Shown one piece after another: positions 36,965 through 41,523 of a DNA stretch of 41,523 nucleotides. The translations under genes and the position numbers were made by a program. Below the pieces are notes generated by a model that did no database searches, was not told where the DNA came from, and worked only from the letters and a program-made list of their open reading frames with translations. Location of the stretch: positions 1 to 41,523 of the IMG/VR virus record IMGVR_UViG_3300040985_001881. One strand, 5' to 3'. Source of the stretch: a virus. Its lineage: Duplodnaviria; Caudoviricetes. Position 1 is the stretch's first letter; the number at the start of each line of letters is the position of its first letter.

Positions 36965-38007
36965 TGCAGCTCTACACATGCAACGGGCAAACGTCCCAGC
37001 AAATCGCCGCCGCCCTTAACGGGTACTTCGCAGAAGCCGACATCCAATGGAAGCCCGACCGCTTCACAGGTGGAAAGCAGCCAGGCCCATGCAAAGCAAT
37101 CATGCTGGCATTCGTCGACAACCGCGCAATCATGGAGCGCCTAGACGAAGTGTGCGGCCCCGGCAACTGGCAGAGCGAGTGCATTCCGTGGGGCCCGAAC
37201 GCCGCGAAGTGCACACTATCGCTTCTGTTCGTGAGTGACCGCGAAGCCCAGTGGGTTTCACGTACCGACGTTTGCGAGAATTCGCAGGTGTCCCCCGTCA
37301 AAGGCGGAGTAAGCGGAGCCATGAAGCGAGCCGCCGCACAGTGGGGAATCGGTCGCTACCTGTACCACCTACCCGACGCATTCCTCCCAGCCACGAAGGA
37401 CGCAAACGGCAGAGGCAAGCTGGACAACTACGGGCAGCGCCCGCCAGTTCCCGCCAAGTTCCTGCCCGGAAATGAGCGCCCCCGACAACAGCCGGATTAT
37501 CCAGTCAAGCAGCCCGAACCCGTGGCGCAACCGCAGCAGCAGCGACAGCAGGCACCACAGCACATCAACGCCGAGCACGCTGGCAGCAGAGCAGAGGCCG
37601 AGGCACCAGCTCACGTACCGCAGCAGCAGGAACGCCCCGGCGCAGCCGGCCAGGGGGGCAAGCCGACATGGTGGGACAAGAAAAACCCGATGAAGGGACC
37701 TTGCCAGGGCATGACCTGGGGAGAAATCTCGCAGGGCAGCCCAGGCGGAAAGCGCGAAGAGTTCGCCACGTTCTATTGCAGCCTCGACCCGTACAAGGGG
37801 GAGCCGCGATGGCACGCATCAAACCTGGAAAGCTTGGAGGCCGCGAAGTATTGCCTCAAGGCGATTGGAGAGCGGGCGGGCAACCAGCCGCGCCCCGAGC
37901 CCGCAGAGGAACGCGAGTACGCACGGCCCGAGGATGTCGATTGGGATAGCCAGTCGCAGACAGAGGCACAGGAATGGGAACGAGAACTAGACGACACACC
38001 TTTTTAG
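36964..38007 (+). CDS. Rad52/Rad22-family (Sak-like) single-strand annealing protein
   Basis: LAFVDNRAIMERLDEVCGPGNWQ, WVSRTD, KGGVSGAMKRAAAQWGIGRYLY; acidic tail ELDDTPF. Confidence 0.92.
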   Translation: MQLYTCNGQTSQQIAAALNGYFAEADIQWKPDRFTGGKQPGPCKAIMLAFVDNRAIMERLDEVCGPGNWQSECIPWGPNAAKCTLSLLFVSDREAQWVSRTDVCENSQVSPVKGGVSGAMKRAAAQWGIGRYLYHLPDAFLPATKDANGRGKLDNYGQRPPVPAKFLPGNERPRQQPDYPVKQPEPVAQPQQQRQQAPQHINAEHAGSRAEAEAPAHVPQQQERPGAAGQGGKPTWWDKKNPMKGPCQGMTWGEISQGSPGGKREEFATFYCSLDPYKGEPRWHASNLESLEAAKYCLKAIGERAGNQPRPEPAEEREYARPEDVDWDSQSQTEAQEWERELDDTPF

Positions 38008-38016
38008 GAGCAACAC

Positions 38017-39216
38017 ATGGAACACCAAACAGAGCCAGTAGAAGTAGAAGCCGAGCCCATCATCATCGACACCATCGGAACGGAGGTGCTCGCGCCAAAG
38101 TACGCCGACGCCTACCTAGTCAACGCCGAGTCAGCGAAGAAGCTAGTCGAGCAGTACGAAGGCTTGACTATCGACGGCATCGAGGACACAGAAGGAGCCG
38201 CGAAGGTAAGCGCAGGCCGGAAGCACTTGAAGCGGTTGCGCAACGCCACCGAGAAGACGCGCAAGGAGCAGACCGCGCCAGCGATCAAGCACCAGAAGGA
38301 CGTGAACGCCTATGCGCGGGAGCTCGTGGGCGCGATGGAGCCCACAGAGAAGAAGCTTCAGGCGGAAGAGGCACGCATCGAGGCGTTGAGAATGGAAGCC
38401 GAACGCTTAGAGCGGGAGCGCAGGCAGCAGCTCCTCGACGAGCGAATGGACCAGCTCAACGCCGTCGAGGCCAAGTTCCCTATCGCAGCCGTGAGGGAGC
38501 TCGACGACGAGGCATTCGCCGCGCTACTAGGAGAGGCCACGGAGCTTTTCAACGTGCGCGAGGCAAAGAAGGCCGAAGAGGTTGCACGCCTCAAGGCCGA
38601 GCAGGAGGCAGAGCAACGCAAGCGCGACGAAGAGCACGCCGCAGCCGAGGCGAAGCGCCAAGAGGAAGCGGAGAAGCTACTAAAGGAGCGGGAGAAGGTG
38701 CTCCGGGAGCGGGAAGAACTCGCAGAGGAACGCGCAGCCATGGCGCGGGAGCGAGCAGCCGCCCAGGCGGAGCGCGACCAGCTCGCGGAGGAGAAAAAGC
38801 AGCGCGAGCATGAAGAAGCCGAAGCGGCGCGAGCGGCCGAGCCGGTGCCTACTCCGGCAGAGTCGCCAGCGGGAAGAGCCGCACGACTGGAGGACGCGGG
38901 CCTAACCGAGGAGGACGTAGCCGATACCATGCTGCCCCCCGACGACCTGGCCCGCGTTCCCCCTACAGATATGGACGAGTTCCCCGTGGCGCGGTGCCCC
39001 CAGTGCGGCACGCCTATGCACGGTGGCGGGTATTGCTACGAGTGCAGGCCCATGGATGAGCCCGAGACGATCAGCGCCAAGGAGCAGCAGCAGGCAATGC
39101 GTTACTTGCATTCCGTCTGCGCAATACCACTCCCCAGGACGACATGGGACGCGCAGATACAAGCCGCCGTTGTCTCGTTCTGCCGTGACGTGCAGCACAT
39201 CGCGGGAGTCCAGTAG
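38017..39216 (+). CDS. Long coiled-coil protein (DUF1351-like N-terminus) with Zn ribbon
   Basis: AGGAG SD; LTIDGIED...RKHLKRLRNATEKTRKE; E/A/R-rich coil; CPQCG...CYEC. Confidence 0.7.
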   Translation: MEHQTEPVEVEAEPIIIDTIGTEVLAPKYADAYLVNAESAKKLVEQYEGLTIDGIEDTEGAAKVSAGRKHLKRLRNATEKTRKEQTAPAIKHQKDVNAYARELVGAMEPTEKKLQAEEARIEALRMEAERLERERRQQLLDERMDQLNAVEAKFPIAAVRELDDEAFAALLGEATELFNVREAKKAEEVARLKAEQEAEQRKRDEEHAAAEAKRQEEAEKLLKEREKVLREREELAEERAAMARERAAAQAERDQLAEEKKQREHEEAEAARAAEPVPTPAESPAGRAARLEDAGLTEEDVADTMLPPDDLARVPPTDMDEFPVARCPQCGTPMHGGGYCYECRPMDEPETISAKEQQQAMRYLHSVCAIPLPRTTWDAQIQAAVVSFCRDVQHIAGVQ

Positions 39217-39218
39217 AC

Positions 39219-39593
39219 ATGCCGAAGGATGCAATAACCGACGAGCGGCTAGACCCAATCTATTCCCACCTCGCAGGCAAGGGGGTTCGGTTCTTCCGGC
39301 GCAAGCCAGGATGGAAAGGACGAGATCCCTTTTGGGACGAAGTGGAGCCGCGCCACGGGATGCTATGGCCGTTCAGTTCCGACGAGTCCAAGGGGGCGGA
39401 CGGTCTCTCACGCGCCCTAGCAGAGCGCCAGAGAGCGCAACGCGCCGAGCCGTGCACGCTGATCGAGACACCTATCCGGGTCCCGCTGGCGAGCCCGTGC
39501 GAACCGTGGGCGCTCGACCCGCCTATCGTCTACGTGGACGAGTGCTACATGAGCCGCACGGAGATCGAGTACCACCGCAGGAGGCGCTCCTGA
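39219..39593 (+). CDS. Hypothetical protein
   Basis: Starts 2 nt after the upstream stop; TGATG coupling downstream. Confidence 0.6.
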   Translation: MPKDAITDERLDPIYSHLAGKGVRFFRRKPGWKGRDPFWDEVEPRHGMLWPFSSDESKGADGLSRALAERQRAQRAEPCTLIETPIRVPLASPCEPWALDPPIVYVDECYMSRTEIEYHRRRRS

Positions 39594-40084
39594 TGGCAGT
39601 CGTCAACTACAACGAGCTCTTCGACTGGTTCACCATCGAGATCGAATCCTTCACGAAGGAGAACACGGCAATCATTCGCTTCTGGGGTCGAGCCCAAGAC
39701 CACATTGGAAACGACGCGAAGCGATGGAAGACCTGGGTTCGGAAGTGCATCAAGAGCGCGAATGGACGCAACGTCCACGACCGCGAGGGGTGTCTCTACT
39801 CCAGATTCAAGGACACGAAGCCCGCGGAGTTACCCAAACAAAGCGAACCACTAGCCAGAGCCATGAGCAACCAAACTCCAGAAGAAGCAGCCGAGCACAA
39901 GGCGCGAGCAGCTCGCGCACGTGCAGGCCGCGCCGACCCTATCCCGCCGTTCTTTCCGGCCATGCGCCTAGCGAAGGTGATCCCGATCGCGGACGCCATT
40001 AGCCAGGTGCAGGCGGAGTGGGTCAGGCAAGGCAAACCCTATCCCGAAGACTTCGACGAGGCGCCACTATGGCAGGCACAATGA
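39593..40084 (+). CDS. Hypothetical protein (possible replication-initiation factor)
   Basis: GGAGG SD, TGATG start; helical domain ending NVHDREGCLYSRFK; position within a lambdoid-like block. Confidence 0.55.
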   Translation: MAVVNYNELFDWFTIEIESFTKENTAIIRFWGRAQDHIGNDAKRWKTWVRKCIKSANGRNVHDREGCLYSRFKDTKPAELPKQSEPLARAMSNQTPEEAAEHKARAARARAGRADPIPPFFPAMRLAKVIPIADAISQVQAEWVRQGKPYPEDFDEAPLWQAQ

Positions 40085-40398
40085 GCTACGACCCGCAGGA
40101 CGAGAAGGCACGCAGGCTGAAAGACGAGGGCCCCGGGCTCTTCGACAACCAGCAGCGCAAGCAGCTCAGGCGATGCACGTCCGCACTAGGCAATGCGATC
40201 CTCGACTTCTGCCGAGTCAAGAAGACCTTCCACATGGATGAGCTTCAGCGGTGGGTGACGAGCAAAGTGCATTCCGCGCCGTCGAGCACCGACCGCGTGC
40301 TTCGCGAGCTCAGGAAGCAGGGGCAGCTCGACTACGAAGTCGTGTCGCGCAAGGATTCGCTCTACAAAATCACAGCCATTCACCACAAGACAGCATGA
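40081..40398 (+). CDS. Winged-helix DNA-binding protein
   Basis: FHMDELQRWV...APSSTDRVLRELRKQGQLDYEVVSR..LYKI. Confidence 0.7.
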   Translation: MSYDPQDEKARRLKDEGPGLFDNQQRKQLRRCTSALGNAILDFCRVKKTFHMDELQRWVTSKVHSAPSSTDRVLRELRKQGQLDYEVVSRKDSLYKITAIHHKTA

Positions 40399-40730
40399 AC
40401 GTAAGGCACGGATTCAAGCGCCACAAGTACGGGGTAAGCCCCAGGGAAAAGAGAACCGCAGACGGGATCCTCTTTGACTCGCAACTAGAGATGCGCGTCT
40501 ACAAAAGGCTCCAGCTAGAGAAGGCCGCAGGTGTTGTGCTCTTCTTCACGCGGCAGTCACCCTTCCACCTACCGGGAGGCGTGAGGTACGTCGTCGATTT
40601 CACCGTCTACTACACAGACGGAAGCGTGAAGTTCATCGACGCGAAGGGCATGGAGACTGCCGAATTCAAAACAAAGAAGCGCATGGTAGAGGCGCTATAC
40701 CCCATCGAAATCACCATCGTAAAGAAATGA
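40395..40730 (+). CDS. DUF1064-family PD-(D/E)XK endonuclease (resolvase candidate)
   Basis: HKYG...DGILFDSQLE...YVVDF...IDAKGMET.EFKTKKRM. Confidence 0.9.
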   Translation: MNVRHGFKRHKYGVSPREKRTADGILFDSQLEMRVYKRLQLEKAAGVVLFFTRQSPFHLPGGVRYVVDFTVYYTDGSVKFIDAKGMETAEFKTKKRMVEALYPIEITIVKK

Positions 40731-41523
40731 ACACCGACCAAAAGCTAGCCATCATCGAGGCCCGCAGCTCAATCAACAAGATCAACGAGACACTGGGCGA
40801 CGTGCTCGCCGTCGAGCGCATCGCAGCTCGTGATGAAAGGGGAGCCCCGCCGCAGCCGCCCGCAAGGCAGCGCCCGAAGCAGAGGGGCAGACGCAGGGCA
40901 CGACCAGCGCCGAAGCGCCAAAGGCGACGACAGGCAGAACCCGGGCGGGCATTCGAGTTGCGATACACCCCCCGCGAAGGCGCAGGGACCGCGCACCAGT
41001 ACCCGCCAGTCGTCAATGACTACATGGAGATGATCGTGGACGGGGTGGCAATGCGAATCTACTCCCAGAAGTGCGGGGACCTAGACGCTCAAATGGTCAC
41101 GTTCGCAGCCATCAACGGCTACCCGGGTCGAGGGTGCGCCTACTTCGAAGAGTTGCGCATCGACGTACCCGACAACGAGCCGTTCATTGTCAAGGGCAGG
41201 CACGTGATCCTCCCACGTGGGGCTCTGATCGAACGCTTCTGGACGGGACCGGATCGCAAGGAGGCTAGCGAGTGGGGGTGGGTCGATGACCCCCGCAAGA
41301 CTATGCCGTGGGGGCCGAGCGAAGCAGACCGCGCACTGATGAAGCCGCCAGGGATCAGCATCGGGCCCTATGAATTCCTATGGAAGTTCACATCCCTAAG
41401 CAACAGCCACGGAGGGTACGGAGTTGCGCCGTTCCACGGAGGCCCCGAGGACTGGCTCACGTGCAAGGAGGGGCGCGAGCTACGCGAGCGGGAGATGCTC
41501 ATGGAGATGCAGCGCCCTATCTC
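40727..41523 (+). CDS. 5' part of the ~550 aa junction-spanning hypothetical protein
   Basis: ATGA overlap with the DUF1064 stop; no stop to the window end; absent from the ORF track; continues in frame at position 2. Confidence 0.8.
   Translation, partial: MNTDQKLAIIEARSSINKINETLGDVLAVERIAARDERGAPPQPPARQRPKQRGRRRARPAPKRQRRRQAEPGRAFELRYTPREGAGTAHQYPPVVNDYMEMIVDGVAMRIYSQKCGDLDAQMVTFAAINGYPGRGCAYFEELRIDVPDNEPFIVKGRHVILPRGALIERFWTGPDRKEASEWGWVDDPRKTMPWGPSEADRALMKPPGISIGPYEFLWKFTSLSNSHGGYGVAPFHGGPEDWLTCKEGRELREREMLMEMQRPI
41426..41522. repeat. Terminal overlap, copy 2
   Basis: Identical to 2-98. Confidence 0.95.

Noticed and set aside
39023-39592. N-terminal extension of the 353-aa track ORF 39023-40084
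   Set aside because: Overlaps two better genes; GGAGG plus TGATG supports the start at 39593
41426-41522. 97-bp end repeat as the biological direct terminal repeat
   Set aside because: It lies inside a coding frame that reads through the join, which is typical of assembler overlap; the likely real ends are in 29503-30830
1-41523. Integrase/attP lysogeny module or stop-codon recoding
   Set aside because: No recombinase motifs recognised; standard-code ORFs tile the genome and conserved genes end normally at TAG, TGA and TAA

Overview
The window appears to be a complete, circularly assembled phage genome of about 41.4 kb: positions 2-98 are repeated exactly at 41426-41522. Almost all genes lie on the + strand. 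It encodes a single-subunit T7-type RNA polymerase (1679-4030) directly upstream of an Autographiviridae-like morphogenesis operon: gp6.5/6.7-like genes, portal, scaffold, major capsid with a T-phi-like terminator, tail adaptor, enlarged nozzle, internal virion proteins A-D, and small and large terminase. I could not recognise any of the T7-type replication genes (family A DNA polymerase, primase/helicase, gp2.5 SSB, ligase, exonuclease). I also found no gp17-type tail fibre, endolysin or integrase. After a 1.3 kb repeat-rich non-coding region (probable physical genome end), there is a translationally coupled early cassette resembling plasmid leading regions (C5 methyltransferase, DUF6884-like, DUF3560, N6/N4-type methyltransferase, RHH regulator). 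This is followed by a lambdoid-style recombination block (Rad52/Sak annealase with an SSB-like acidic tail, coiled-coil protein, wHTH protein, DUF1064 nuclease). Other notable features are several paralog expansions (gp6.7 pair, four small beta proteins, three nozzle insert repeats, two Lar-like Zn fingers), a 320-nt hairpin-rich capsid leader, and repeated gene-junction motifs. All family calls come from motif recognition by eye, not from database searches.
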